A DNA stretch of 64,000 nt, taken from Rhodothermales bacterium (lineage in GTDB: Bacteria > Bacteroidota > Rhodothermia > Rhodothermales > Bin80). Position numbers and translations under genes: made by a program. Shown here piece by piece: positions 19,509 to 30,023 of this stretch. The stretch spans positions 2,236,413 to 2,300,412 of the forward strand of contig OZ244823.1 of the NCBI GenBank assembly GCA_965220365.1, given 5' to 3'. The notes beneath the pieces are model-generated. The model searched no databases. It saw nothing but the letters and a program-made list of their open reading frames with translations, and was not told where the DNA came from. Each line of letters begins with the position of its first letter. Position 1 is the stretch's first letter.

Positions 19509-20774
19509 TCAGGTTTTTTGTTTTTTCTTCCGGGCGGCAGGGAAGAGGATATTGTTCAGGATCAGGCGATAGCCCGGAGAGTTTGGATGCAGGCTCAAAT
19601 CCGTTGGAGGATCCCCAACATAGTGTTGATAATCTTCTGGATCATGGCCTCCATAAAACGTGAAAGTACCCTGGCCGTAGGATCCATGTAAATACTTCAC
19701 CTCCTCGCGCTGTGGTACTTCGGCAAGGATGACCACATTCGGTTTCACGAAACGCTTCCTGAATGCAGTCGTCTGCCCGACAAAACCCGCCACGGTTGCC
19801 ACATGGTTCTGGGTCAGCATCGTAGGGACGGGATCCCATTTCGCACTGAATTCAAACAAGGTGAAGTAATCCAATACGGGGTTTTGGAGTTGTTGGGGAG
19901 GAGGTCCAGCGTCGATATCCGAATGCTCATATTCGGCAGCATTGAAGCTAGGATTAAAGTTATGGAATGCTAAGGTAGCCGAGTAATCCAGCTTGTTTCT
20001 GGCATCCGGGTCTACCGGGTCTCCATCGTACTCCGCTGGAACAATGTCCGTTATGAATGCTGACAGCGCTATATCGTACGTGTCTGTGCCGGAGCACATG
20101 GCAAATAGGAATCCGCCCTCGGATACATATTGCTGGATGGTTTGAGCAACCTCAAGTTTGAGGTGACTCACCTTGCGATGACCATGTCGGTCTGCCGCCA
20201 GTTCGGCTTCGCGTTGTTGCTCAATATACCAGGGCATATTCCGATACTGGTAAAATTTACCATGCTGGCCCGTAAAGTCTTCATGATGCAGATGAAGCCA
20301 GTCGTAGGCCGATAATCTACCACCCAAGACATCATCATCATAAATCATGTCATACGGGACCTCGGCATACTTCAAGGCCAGGAGTACCGCATCGTCCCAG
20401 GGAAGGGTTTGCTCCGGGGCATATACAGCAATCCGTGGAGGGGTTTCTAGTCGAACCAGTGCGGTATTTGCCCGATTGCTTTCTACTTCCGCAATCAGCT
20501 GTGCAACCGTGGTTCCAGAAAGGGTTTCGTAGGTGATTCCACGTACTGCGAGTTCATTCCGCAGCCCAGAAAAATCAGATACAAGGAATGCGCCCCCGCG
20601 ATAATTCAGTAGCCAGTCGACAGGTTCTCCCCTCTGGAGTGCCCAGTAAACAACCCCGTAAGCCTTTAGATGATTGGATTGGCTCACGTCCATCGGCACC
20701 AGCAGATCTTGCAGTGCGCGGGCGGGGAGGGCGGTCAATAAAAGTAGCAGTGCAGTGCTACAGATTCGTCGCAC
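19509..20774 (-). CDS. Conserved exported Bacteroidota-type protein with class-I glutamine-amidotransferase-like fold (often annotated 'asparagine synthetase B')
   Basis: LVPMD..Q.NHLKAYG, WLLNYRGG, PWDDAV, WLHLHHEDFTGQ.GKF, FAMCSGTD, GHDPEDY, C-terminal KKKQKT. Start set at GTG 20774, which gives a signal peptide. Confidence 0.8.
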   Translation of the reverse strand: MRRICSTALLLLLTALPARALQDLLVPMDVSQSNHLKAYGVVYWALQRGEPVDWLLNYRGGAFLVSDFSGLRNELAVRGITYETLSGTTVAQLIAEVESNRANTALVRLETPPRIAVYAPEQTLPWDDAVLLALKYAEVPYDMIYDDDVLGGRLSAYDWLHLHHEDFTGQHGKFYQYRNMPWYIEQQREAELAADRHGHRKVSHLKLEVAQTIQQYVSEGGFLFAMCSGTDTYDIALSAFITDIVPAEYDGDPVDPDARNKLDYSATLAFHNFNPSFNAAEYEHSDIDAGPPPQQLQNPVLDYFTLFEFSAKWDPVPTMLTQNHVATVAGFVGQTTAFRKRFVKPNVVILAEVPQREEVKYLHGSYGQGTFTFYGGHDPEDYQHYVGDPPTDLSLHPNSPGYRLILNNILFPAARKKKQKT

Positions 20775-22620
20775 GGAGTGCCCGTATGCGTTCACGCACC
20801 TTTTCGACCAGCAATGAGCCGGGGTATTGGGTGAGCAAGTCGGTGTAGGCCTGGAGTGCTCCGGCAGTATCACCCTGAATCGTTTCAAGAATCTCAGCAT
20901 AATGAAAAAGGCTGCGATCACGCAGCGGGCTTTTTGGATGTATGAGTGGAAATTCTCCGAATGCAATGAGGGCATCTTCTGATTGCCCATTCAACAAGAG
21001 CGCCTCCGCACGCAAAAACCTCGCCTCGTCTGCGATCGGATGTGCGCCCCATTGTGTCAGTATATCTTGTGTAGCCAGCACGGTTTCATTCGCTTTTTGC
21101 TGACGCAAAAGTAGCAGTGCTTGCGCATAACTCAGTAGAGCCAGGTTTGTGGAGTCAGGTTGGGAACTTTCAAGAAGAAGAACGCGCAGTGCAATGGCAT
21201 CATTGGCCGTTTCTTTGTCTGTCTCGTCTCGAATATCACCCAGCTTGGATTGCGCATCTGTAAATTCTCCTGCATAAAAATGGATCATTGCCTCCTCAAA
21301 TTTAGAGCGTGCAAACAACTCATCGCTCGTTTGCGCAGAGAGGCGTGCAAAGATGGTTGCGGCCTGATCTAAATCTCCTTCTTCTATAGCAAGGCGCCCC
21401 AAATCAAACTGGGCCTGCTGGCCAATCGATGAATTTATATGCTGTGTAGCCAATCTTTGCAAGATTACCCGGGCCGTGTCGCGATTGCGAAAGATATCCT
21501 GATGCAAAGCAGCAATCTGCGCCATCACCATCGGAGCTTGCGGATGGCTTGGAAAATCCATCAGGAATCGTTCGTAGGCTTCCAGAGATTTTTGATAATC
21601 CTCCGGGGATTTATCCGCCCGTTCTGCTTGCAAACGATACATGTCAGCAATTCCTAGGCGGGCCTTCACGAAGAGGTCCTCTTCAGGATGCGTTTCGAGT
21701 ACTACCTGGAATGCACTGCCTGCAACCGTAAACGCACCCGCCTCAGCGGCCCGCAGGGCAAACTGGTAGATCTCCTGGCCGCTTGATTCATCCTCCTCCA
21801 TCGCTGTAATCTCTCTATAGGCCCGCTCAAAATCTCCACTCTCCTCATAAAGCCAGGCCAAAAGGTCACGCAATTGCAATAGATCGGGCTGTACCAAAAC
21901 GCGTTCTTGTGTGACACGGATCACCACTTCAAGGGCCCCTTCTTGCTGCATATCTCGCCCAAGCCGTCCTCGGACATAGTTCAATTGCCGTGGATTCAGG
22001 GTCAAAAGGTCCAGATATTCCTGGGTTGCAAATTCATGCTGCCCGGTTAGGCTGTACAGGTATGCAAGCTCTGCATGGAACAGGTTATTATTCTTGACTA
22101 CTTGCCTGCCCTGCTTGAGCAAATCAATGGCCTGAACGAGCAGACGCACCTCGACCATGCTATTATAGGCGATCCGATACGCAGTCTCTCTCTCCAAGGC
22201 AGATTCGACCGTTGCATACCAGGAATCCAGTGCCGCGGGCTCATCGCCACTGAGATATAACAGCTGTGCACGTTCCACTGAAAGTGGCAGCTTCTGAATT
22301 TCCTCGCTGCGGGCGATCGCATCATCAAGCAGCAAAATGGCCTCGCGATATTGTTTGGTACTGATATAAGCTTCCTTGAGTGTATCATAGATGGTTTTGT
22401 GCTCAGGGTATTCACCGTGCAACTCACGCAAGACTACAATGGCCCGATTAAACTGCATCCCCCGCAAGTATCCCAGTGCGAGTAGATACCGGGAATTGGC
22501 ATTGTCGTCAAGCTGTTCCTCTCCAGAAGCTGGTGGGGGACGATCTACACGTTGAGGCTGAGCCAGAACTACGCTGGTCAGGGCACATGTACAGAACCAG
22601 TAAATAAAAAAGAGACGCAT
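20758..22620 (-). CDS. Exported tetratricopeptide-repeat protein
   Basis: Signal peptide; many helical TPR-like repeats; ANDAI motif; C-terminal YTDLLTQYPGSLLVEKVRERIRALR. Confidence 0.85.
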   Translation of the reverse strand: MRLFFIYWFCTCALTSVVLAQPQRVDRPPPASGEEQLDDNANSRYLLALGYLRGMQFNRAIVVLRELHGEYPEHKTIYDTLKEAYISTKQYREAILLLDDAIARSEEIQKLPLSVERAQLLYLSGDEPAALDSWYATVESALERETAYRIAYNSMVEVRLLVQAIDLLKQGRQVVKNNNLFHAELAYLYSLTGQHEFATQEYLDLLTLNPRQLNYVRGRLGRDMQQEGALEVVIRVTQERVLVQPDLLQLRDLLAWLYEESGDFERAYREITAMEEDESSGQEIYQFALRAAEAGAFTVAGSAFQVVLETHPEEDLFVKARLGIADMYRLQAERADKSPEDYQKSLEAYERFLMDFPSHPQAPMVMAQIAALHQDIFRNRDTARVILQRLATQHINSSIGQQAQFDLGRLAIEEGDLDQAATIFARLSAQTSDELFARSKFEEAMIHFYAGEFTDAQSKLGDIRDETDKETANDAIALRVLLLESSQPDSTNLALLSYAQALLLLRQQKANETVLATQDILTQWGAHPIADEARFLRAEALLLNGQSEDALIAFGEFPLIHPKSPLRDRSLFHYAEILETIQGDTAGALQAYTDLLTQYPGSLLVEKVRERIRALRATNL

Positions 22621-22699
22621 CAGAGCCGTGAACTCGTAAGTATTAAGAGAGTGCTAGGCCGTATTTTGGGGTGCTCCAAGATAAGGGGAATCACAGATA

Positions 22700-23878
22700 A
22701 TGACAGAGCAGCAGCGTGGTATCAGTATCATAGGATCGACCGGATCCATAGGAACGCAGTGTCTAGATATTGTTCGGAGACATCCAGAGCGATTACATGT
22801 GGTAGCACTCTCTGCCAATCGGAGTGTAGATCTTTTAGTAAGCCAAGCTCATGAATTTTCTCCTGAAGTTGTTGCTGTAGCAGATGAATCCAAGTTTTCT
22901 GAACTTCGGAAAAAACTTCAGGGCACGGGGATTCAGGTGCTTGGAGGCAAGGAGGGGGTATGCAGGTGTGCGACGCTTCTAGAAGCGGATGTCGTGCTGG
23001 GAGCTGCCACGGGAGTCGCGGGATTGCAGTCGGTTTTGTCTGCTTTGACAGCGGGAAAGGTGTTGGCGTTGGCAAACAAAGAAACCCTGGTTGCTGCAGG
23101 GAATCTCGCAATGGAAGCAGCCCGGGCCTATAGCGCTACGATCATCCCCGTCGATAGTGAGCATTCTGCAGTGTTCCAATGTTTGGAAGATGGTGGGATC
23201 AGTAATGTAGAGAAAATCCTCCTCACTGCCTCTGGAGGTCCTTTCTGGAACAGTGCGCCTCACACGCTTAGCAAAATTACCCCCAAGGAAGCACTAAAAC
23301 ATCCTAACTGGGATATGGGCCCCAAAGTGACCATTGACTCGGCCACAATGATGAACAAGGGGCTAGAGGTGATTGAAGCCTACTGGCTGTTCGGGCTTAC
23401 AGAAAAACAGATCGATATTGTCGTACATCCACAGTCCATCGTCCACTCCATGGTATTGTTCAAAGATGGATCGGTGAAAGCGCAGCTCAGTCTACCAGAT
23501 ATGAGGCTGCCCATTCAGTATGCACTCAGTTATCCGGATCGGTGGTCACTCCCCAAAGGGCGTATAGATTGGACTCGCCCCCAGTCGCTGGAATTTCATC
23601 CACCCGACCTGAAAAAATTCCCCTGTTTACGTCTGGCAATGGAGGCCCTGGAGGCGGGAGGGAATGCATCCGCCGTCTTAAATGCGGCCAATGAAGCTGC
23701 CGTAGATCTTTTTTTGAAGGAGAAGCTCAGCTTTATGGGGATCCCGCATATGATCGAAAAAGCGCTCAGCGAGCTATCCGGCCCGGTTTTGGGCACGTAT
23801 GAGGAGGTCGTGCATGTAGATCAAATTACCCGCCGCTACGTGTTGGATGCTGCCGGGCGGAACACCTTCACGCTGTGA
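22700..23878 (+). CDS. dxr: 1-deoxy-D-xylulose-5-phosphate reductoisomerase
   Basis: GSTGSIG, LANKETLV, PVDSEH, LTASGGPF, HPNWDMGPKVTIDSATMMNKGLEVIEA. Confidence 0.98.
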   Translation: MTEQQRGISIIGSTGSIGTQCLDIVRRHPERLHVVALSANRSVDLLVSQAHEFSPEVVAVADESKFSELRKKLQGTGIQVLGGKEGVCRCATLLEADVVLGAATGVAGLQSVLSALTAGKVLALANKETLVAAGNLAMEAARAYSATIIPVDSEHSAVFQCLEDGGISNVEKILLTASGGPFWNSAPHTLSKITPKEALKHPNWDMGPKVTIDSATMMNKGLEVIEAYWLFGLTEKQIDIVVHPQSIVHSMVLFKDGSVKAQLSLPDMRLPIQYALSYPDRWSLPKGRIDWTRPQSLEFHPPDLKKFPCLRLAMEALEAGGNASAVLNAANEAAVDLFLKEKLSFMGIPHMIEKALSELSGPVLGTYEEVVHVDQITRRYVLDAAGRNTFTL

Positions 23879-23904
23879 AGTATACCGTAGCCGAACAATA
23901 ATTA

Positions 23905-25332
23905 TTGGTGTTACCTGTGAGTATTCTCTGGATTCTTTTCACGTTTATTCCGGCCTTGATGATTCTCGTGTTTGTACACGAGTTGGGGCATTTCTGGGCG
24001 GCACGAGCATTCGGTATGCGGGTGGATCGCTTTTCGATCGGATTTCCCCCGAACATATTAAAGAAGCGTTTTGGTCAGACGGAGTATGTTCTTGGGCTAA
24101 CGCCGCTTGGGGGGTACGTTAAAATTGCCGGCATGGTAGACGAGAGCCTAGATACAGATTTCAAGGACGAGGAGCCACAACCTGATGAATTTCGATCAAA
24201 GCCTCTTTGGCAGCGCATGATTGTGATCAGCGCAGGCGTGATCATGAACATGGTTCTGGCTTTCGTCATCTTTTTTGCGCTCACCTGGGTGTTTGGGACT
24301 AATCGTGTCGCACATATGGAAGACGGAACTATCTATGTCGCAGATAGCTCGGTTGCGTCCGTTGATGTTGGAATGCAGACCGGAGACCGCCTACTTGCAA
24401 TTGGGGAATACACCTATGAGCCGGGGGGAGCTGCCATTTCTCTAAACTCACTCCTGACAGACGAACTCGCGTTTGAAGTGGAGCGAGATGGCCGGACTCT
24501 GACGCTTTCAGCACCGGGAAACCTGATGACCCGGATCCAGGAGCTTCCCGCCGGGGGGCTCTATGGACTGGGGATCTATGCTTGGCCTAGTACGCTTGGA
24601 TCCGTTGCAGGAGGAATGCCTGCAGAAGCGGCTGGATTACAGGTTGGTGACCGGATCACCGCCGTGAACCAAAACCCTGTGAAGTACTGGCTGGGATTGC
24701 TTGATCATGTCAAAAATTCGGGCGGAGATTCACTTCTGGTTGCATGGGAGCGGAATGAGGGGCAACGCTCGGTTGCGTATGAGTCCGTAGTGGTGCCGGT
24801 TATGAATCCAAGTTGTGATTATGTGATTGGAATCGGTGTCGCACAGACGCAGGTCAATTATGGACCGATCGAGTCAGCAGGGATTGGGCTGGCGGACACT
24901 TGGGATAGAACGCGAGCGATCATTACCAGTTTATGGCGGATCGTTTCAGGCAAGGAGAGTGTTCGGGATAACCTGGGTGGACCGGTGATGGTGGCGAATG
25001 TAATCGGAGAGGCGGCAAGGAGTGGAGCACGACAGTTCTGGTTTATCGTGGCCATGCTTTCAATCACGCTGGCAATTGTGAATATTCTGCCGATTCCTGT
25101 TTTAGATGGAGGGCATTTAACGTTCCTCTTTTATGAGTTGATTACCCGTAGGGAGCCGCCTCTCAAAGTGCGAATTTTCCTGCAACAGGCAGGGATGATC
25201 CTGTTACTGATCTTGATGGCATTCCTGATTACCAATGATGTCATCCGTGCATTCAGTTCCGATGGTAATGAGACCAGTGAAGTAGAGCCCGTAGTCTGTC
25301 AAGTTGATGAAACAGAGGCCAGGGCAGAGTAA
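23905..25332 (+). CDS. rseP: RIP metalloprotease RseP (site-2 protease with PDZ domains)
   Basis: HELGH, FSIGF, PLGGYVKIAGM, NILPIPVLDGGH. Confidence 0.95.
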   Translation: MVLPVSILWILFTFIPALMILVFVHELGHFWAARAFGMRVDRFSIGFPPNILKKRFGQTEYVLGLTPLGGYVKIAGMVDESLDTDFKDEEPQPDEFRSKPLWQRMIVISAGVIMNMVLAFVIFFALTWVFGTNRVAHMEDGTIYVADSSVASVDVGMQTGDRLLAIGEYTYEPGGAAISLNSLLTDELAFEVERDGRTLTLSAPGNLMTRIQELPAGGLYGLGIYAWPSTLGSVAGGMPAEAAGLQVGDRITAVNQNPVKYWLGLLDHVKNSGGDSLLVAWERNEGQRSVAYESVVVPVMNPSCDYVIGIGVAQTQVNYGPIESAGIGLADTWDRTRAIITSLWRIVSGKESVRDNLGGPVMVANVIGEAARSGARQFWFIVAMLSITLAIVNILPIPVLDGGHLTFLFYELITRREPPLKVRIFLQQAGMILLLILMAFLITNDVIRAFSSDGNETSEVEPVVCQVDETEARAE

Positions 25333-25465
25333 CTGATGTCATAAACGATTTGTACGAAACGGCAGATTCCCTCCGTTTATGGGTGGTGCAGAAACAAGAA
25401 CCCCATCAAAGGGGTTCCACAAAGCTGCGCTACAATACTCTCATTCCTTTTCTGATCGAATCGTG

Positions 25466-27967
25466 ATGCGCACCATACTTCTGCTGTTCATTTTAACTGT
25501 TGGCGTCAATACCGTCGCAGCTCAGGGGCTTTCTGGGAGCTTGCTGGCCAATAATCGTTCTTCTATCCCCGAAGAGCTTGAGATTCTGGGAATCTCTGTT
25601 GAGGGAGTAGAAGGGGAAACCATGCAAAGTTTTGCAATCCGAAGCAGTGGGCTGGCCGTGGGACAAACCGTGGTTCTGCCAGGGGATCCTGCGATCTCTG
25701 AAGCAATACGGAGTATTTACAGATTGCGTGTTTTTTCAGATGTAAAGATCGTAGAGGAGCGCCGGGCAGGAAACGGTGTTTTTCTGCTGATTCAGCTTAC
25801 AGAAGAGCCGCAATTAGCAGAGTTTGTATTTTCAGGAATTAAAAAAAAGGATCGCCGGAAGCTTGAGGATAAGGTCAAATTGTTTAAGGGAACACGTGTT
25901 CGACCTGCGGACCTGGAGCGATCCATTCAGGTGATTAAAGACCATTTTGCAGAGAAAGGATTCATGCTCGCAGAGGTGGAAATGAGTCGGACCCCAGGAC
26001 CCGAAAATACAGTCAACCTTGAGTTTGCAATTGATCAAGGAGAGAAGGTGAGGATCCGGGAGGTTCTAGTCTCAGGAAACGAAAATATCAGTAGCCGATC
26101 CGTACGCCGAAAGCTCAAAAAGACAAAGCCCAGACGCTCGATTTTCTTTTGGCGCAAAGCCCGGTTTGATCGTATGCTTTATGAGGAGGACAAAGTGAAC
26201 GTCATCAATCACTTTAACTCAAAAGGATACTATGATGCCAGAGTACTAAAGGACTCTGTATGGTTAGATACTTCGGGGGAAAAACCGGGAATGGTCGTAT
26301 CTCTTGAGTTTCATGAAGGACCGCAATATCATATAAGAAACGTGGAGTGGGAAGGAAATACGATCTATCCCGATGAAGTATTATCATCTGCTTTAGGGGT
26401 CGAGCCGGGAGACGTTTACAACTCCGAACGGATTGAGCAAAACCTGCACGGCAATCAGGCGAGCAGTGACGTATCCAGCCTGTACATGAACCGGGGGCAC
26501 ATGCTCTTTCGTGTAGAGCCTGAAGTACGGGTCTTAGAGGGAGATTCACTGGATCTATACTATGACCTCTACGAAGGAGATATTTTCAGCTTTGGAGAGA
26601 TCACGATCGCTGGAAACGACAAGACCAAAGAGCATGTTGTGCGCCGGGAGTTGTATACCATCCCCGGGCAGACATTCAGCAGGGAGTTGATCCAAGAGAC
26701 GATCCGAAGATTATCCCAGTTGAAGTATTTCGATCAGGAAAAGCTTGGGGCAGGGCCCTCTATTGATCTGGATCAGGAAGAAAAGGAAGTAAACCTAACC
26801 TACAACCTTGAGGAGGTGGGCAGTGACCAGTTAGAGCTTAGCGGTACGTATGGCAGGTGGGGAGTGATTTTAATGCTGCGTTTCGGATTCAACAATTTCA
26901 GTGTACAGGATTTCTTTAAGCCTGGTGCCTGGCGACCGTTGCCTTCCGGGGATGGTCAGCAGCTCTCTGTCAGTCTCCAGACTAGTGGGCGACAATACCA
27001 AAGCTATTCCCTGGGGTTTACCGAGCCTTGGCTGCGTGGCAGGCCCACCCCGATTGGCTTTCAGGTATCGCATTCTAGATTTAGTGGACTGGGATTTTAT
27101 GGGTACAGCTTCTTTGGTGAAGATGATGAGGATGACCGTGATCTTGGGTTTGCAAATACCAATGCACGTATTTTCTACGAACAGCGACTGAAGTGGCCGG
27201 ATGATAAGTTCAGTACTAGTACCTCATTGGGTTATCAGTTCTATTCAAATCGGAACTATACGTCAGTCCTTCCACTTGGGCGAAGTCAGCAGGTGACAGT
27301 GCGTCAGGCATTGTCACGAAGTTCGGTGGATCATCCAGTCTTCCCGACGGCAGGCTCGACATTTCTGCTTTCAGGGGAGTTAGCACTGCCTGTGTCGAAT
27401 TTTATACAGTATCACAAATGGAAGCTCACCACGAGCTGGAACGCGCCGATCTTAAGGAAACTCACTGCGAGTTTTTCAGCAGATTTTGGTTATATCGGCT
27501 CACTCACCGGCGGGGATGTACTTTTCGAGCGCTATGTTGTTGGTGGGTCGCCCTTTGATGTCCAGGGATATCGGAATAATTTCGGGAAAGATATTATCTA
27601 TATGCGCGGGTATCCTGCCCGGGTACTTGGCCCTCGTCGCGGTGAAGAAGCCGTTGGTGGCCGTGTATTGAATAAATTCACGTCGGAGTTGCGGGTACTT
27701 GCCGTTCAAACTCCACAACTCACTGCGGCGCCCTATCTTTTCATGGATGCTGCCAACACCTGGGATACGTTTCAAACGTATAATCCCCGGCAACTTTATC
27801 GCTCGGCTGGTGTAGGCGCACGTTTGTTCCTGCCGATATTGGGAATGTTGGAAGTTACATATGGATATAATTTTGATGAGTTTGCGCCAATCTCAGGTCA
27901 GCAATCAAACCATGATGGCTCAAGAAAGTGGTTTTTCCAGTTTACTCTTGGCCAGGGATTCAACTAG
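25466..27967 (+). CDS. bamA: Outer membrane protein assembly factor BamA
   Basis: POTRA repeats (GNDKTKEHVVRRELYT), FTEPWL, MRGYP, C-terminal FQFTLGQGFN. Start taken at ATG 25466, which begins the signal peptide. Confidence 0.95.
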   Translation: MRTILLLFILTVGVNTVAAQGLSGSLLANNRSSIPEELEILGISVEGVEGETMQSFAIRSSGLAVGQTVVLPGDPAISEAIRSIYRLRVFSDVKIVEERRAGNGVFLLIQLTEEPQLAEFVFSGIKKKDRRKLEDKVKLFKGTRVRPADLERSIQVIKDHFAEKGFMLAEVEMSRTPGPENTVNLEFAIDQGEKVRIREVLVSGNENISSRSVRRKLKKTKPRRSIFFWRKARFDRMLYEEDKVNVINHFNSKGYYDARVLKDSVWLDTSGEKPGMVVSLEFHEGPQYHIRNVEWEGNTIYPDEVLSSALGVEPGDVYNSERIEQNLHGNQASSDVSSLYMNRGHMLFRVEPEVRVLEGDSLDLYYDLYEGDIFSFGEITIAGNDKTKEHVVRRELYTIPGQTFSRELIQETIRRLSQLKYFDQEKLGAGPSIDLDQEEKEVNLTYNLEEVGSDQLELSGTYGRWGVILMLRFGFNNFSVQDFFKPGAWRPLPSGDGQQLSVSLQTSGRQYQSYSLGFTEPWLRGRPTPIGFQVSHSRFSGLGFYGYSFFGEDDEDDRDLGFANTNARIFYEQRLKWPDDKFSTSTSLGYQFYSNRNYTSVLPLGRSQQVTVRQALSRSSVDHPVFPTAGSTFLLSGELALPVSNFIQYHKWKLTTSWNAPILRKLTASFSADFGYIGSLTGGDVLFERYVVGGSPFDVQGYRNNFGKDIIYMRGYPARVLGPRRGEEAVGGRVLNKFTSELRVLAVQTPQLTAAPYLFMDAANTWDTFQTYNPRQLYRSAGVGARLFLPILGMLEVTYGYNFDEFAPISGQQSNHDGSRKWFFQFTLGQGFN

Positions 27968-27992
27968 ATTTATATATCAACCGTCACACGTA

Positions 27993-28532
27993 ATGAGAAC
28001 GCTATTCAGTTTTGGATTGCTTTTCGTGTGGACCGTTACTGCGGTTCTCGCGCAGCAGAAAATCGCCTACGTTGATTCGGATTTGATTTACGAAAATTAT
28101 CCAGAGTTCTCAACCGCACAGCAGTCCTTGGATCGGGTTGCTGATCAGTGGGAACAGGATCTTGCCGAGCGTCAGGACAGACTGGACGAGATGTTTCAGG
28201 AGTATCAGGCTCGGGAACTGTTATACACTGCCGAGTCACGTCAGCAAAAACAAAATGAAATCATTGCAGCAGAAGAGGAACTGGAGCGTTTACGGCGGCA
28301 ATATTTCGGGCCGGAAGGTCAGTTATTTGAACAACAAGAGCAGATCCTGCGTCCGATTCAGGAAAAAGTTCTGATCGCGATTGAAGAGGTGGCAGAGGCG
28401 GAGGGTTATGATTACGTATTTGACCGAGGCGGTGATTTTGTTTTTTTATACACGAATGAAAAGCTCGACATTACGGATCTCGTTCTCGAGGAGTTGGGCA
28501 TTGATATCACCCGCACCACTCTTGGGCGGTAA
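27993..28532 (+). CDS. skp: OmpH/Skp periplasmic chaperone
   Basis: QKIAYVDSD, coiled coil, FGPEGQLF, YDYVFDR, DITDLVL. Confidence 0.92.
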   Translation: MRTLFSFGLLFVWTVTAVLAQQKIAYVDSDLIYENYPEFSTAQQSLDRVADQWEQDLAERQDRLDEMFQEYQARELLYTAESRQQKQNEIIAAEEELERLRRQYFGPEGQLFEQQEQILRPIQEKVLIAIEEVAEAEGYDYVFDRGGDFVFLYTNEKLDITDLVLEELGIDITRTTLGR

Positions 28533-28563
28533 GCTTCACACTTTAAATAAATTAAATAATCTT

Positions 28564-29148
28564 ATGCGACTATTTTCGCTTAAACGCAGCCCCGATTATC
28601 TTCTCGCTGTGTTATTTCTTGGTTTTGCAACTGCCGCACAGGCGCAACAGCTTCCAGCCCTGCGGATTGGCTACACAGACCACGAGGTATTGATCTCGAA
28701 TATGCCTCAAACTCGAACAATCCAGGAGGAGTTGCAGGCGGAGCTGGAGAGTGGGCAGCGGATTCTTCAAAGTATGCAGGACGATCTCGCTGGCAAGGTG
28801 GATCGCTATCAAAAGCAGCAGGCTTTATTATCGGAGGAGCGTCGGCAGGAACGTCAGCAGGAACTGATTTCTTTGGAAGAGGAACTCCGCAACAAAGCTG
28901 CAGAGTTGGAGCAGGGTCTCGTGCAGCGCGAGCTGGATCTCATGGGACCAATCTACCAGCAGGTAGATACAGCAATACAAACAATTGCCGCCGAGAAAAA
29001 TCTTGATCTTGTACTTCGCACTCAGGCAGGACCAGCACAGCCGATCTTGCTCTACGTGAACGAAGACCGGATTACGGATATTACTCTTGAGGTTGCTCGG
29101 GAGTTAGGGATTGATGTTGATGCGGCGATGCAGGCTGCGGGCAACTAA
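28564..29148 (+). CDS. skp: OmpH/Skp periplasmic chaperone (second paralogue)
   Basis: LRIGYTD..LISNMP, coiled coil, IAAEKNLDLVL, ILLYV..DIT. Start at ATG 28564. Confidence 0.88.
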   Translation: MRLFSLKRSPDYLLAVLFLGFATAAQAQQLPALRIGYTDHEVLISNMPQTRTIQEELQAELESGQRILQSMQDDLAGKVDRYQKQQALLSEERRQERQQELISLEEELRNKAAELEQGLVQRELDLMGPIYQQVDTAIQTIAAEKNLDLVLRTQAGPAQPILLYVNEDRITDITLEVARELGIDVDAAMQAAGN

Positions 29149-29192
29149 CGTGCCTTTGCAAATCGCCTCCGACGAAATAGCCCCCCACTTTC

Positions 29193-29999
29193 ATGGAAGG
29201 CGTTAGGCGGGTCACGACCCAGACGTTTCGCCAGATGAAGGGTGCCGGCATCCCGATTGCGATGCTTACGGCATACGACTACACCATGGCACGCATACTG
29301 GACAGTGCAGGTGTGGATGCTCTCCTGGTAGGCGATTCGGCATCAAATGTCGTGGCTGGGCACGAAACGACCCTTCCAATCACGCTGGAGCACATGATTT
29401 ATCATGCTCAGTGTGTCGTTCGAGCCGTAAAGCGAGCTCTTGTCATTGTGGATCTGCCATTTGGCGCCTATCAGGGAAACAGCAAAGAAGCATTGATTTC
29501 CTCAATTCGTGTGATGAAGGAGGCTGGAGCACACGCAGTAAAGATAGAGGGAGGAAAGGCTGTTGTACCTACGATGGAGCGAATCCTTCAGGCAGGAATC
29601 CCGGTTATGGGGCATCTGGGGTTGACCCCCCAAAGTATTTACCGATTTGGGACTTACAAGGTGCGTGCCAGAGAGCCAGAGGAGGCCGATCAGCTCCGGC
29701 AGGATGCGCTTGCACTCGAGAAAGCGGGCTGCTTTGCCATTGTGTTAGAGAAAATTCCTGCTAAGTTAGCTGGGGAGATCTCGGCATCCTTGAGCATTCC
29801 AACGATTGGTATTGGAGCAGGGAATGCATGTGATGGTCAAATACTGGTGATCCACGATGCACTGGGATTAAATGATGATTTCCATCCACGTTTTGTCCGC
29901 CGCTATGCGAACCTGATAGATTCGATTTCAGAATCTGTTAAGAATTATGTTGAGGATGTACGGAGTCATTCTTTTCCATCATCCGAGGAGAGTTATTAG
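29193..29999 (+). CDS. panB: 3-methyl-2-oxobutanoate hydroxymethyltransferase
   Basis: [43 protein letters not shown]. Confidence 0.97.
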   Translation: MEGVRRVTTQTFRQMKGAGIPIAMLTAYDYTMARILDSAGVDALLVGDSASNVVAGHETTLPITLEHMIYHAQCVVRAVKRALVIVDLPFGAYQGNSKEALISSIRVMKEAGAHAVKIEGGKAVVPTMERILQAGIPVMGHLGLTPQSIYRFGTYKVRAREPEEADQLRQDALALEKAGCFAIVLEKIPAKLAGEISASLSIPTIGIGAGNACDGQILVIHDALGLNDDFHPRFVRRYANLIDSISESVKNYVEDVRSHSFPSSEESY

Positions 30000-30023
30000 T
30001 TTGCGGATTTTCATTAAGAATTA

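Noticed and set aside
20775-20990. N-terminal 72-aa extension of the 493-aa ORF (19509-20990)
   Set aside because: It overlaps the TPR gene in another frame; GTG 20774 gives a proper signal peptide.
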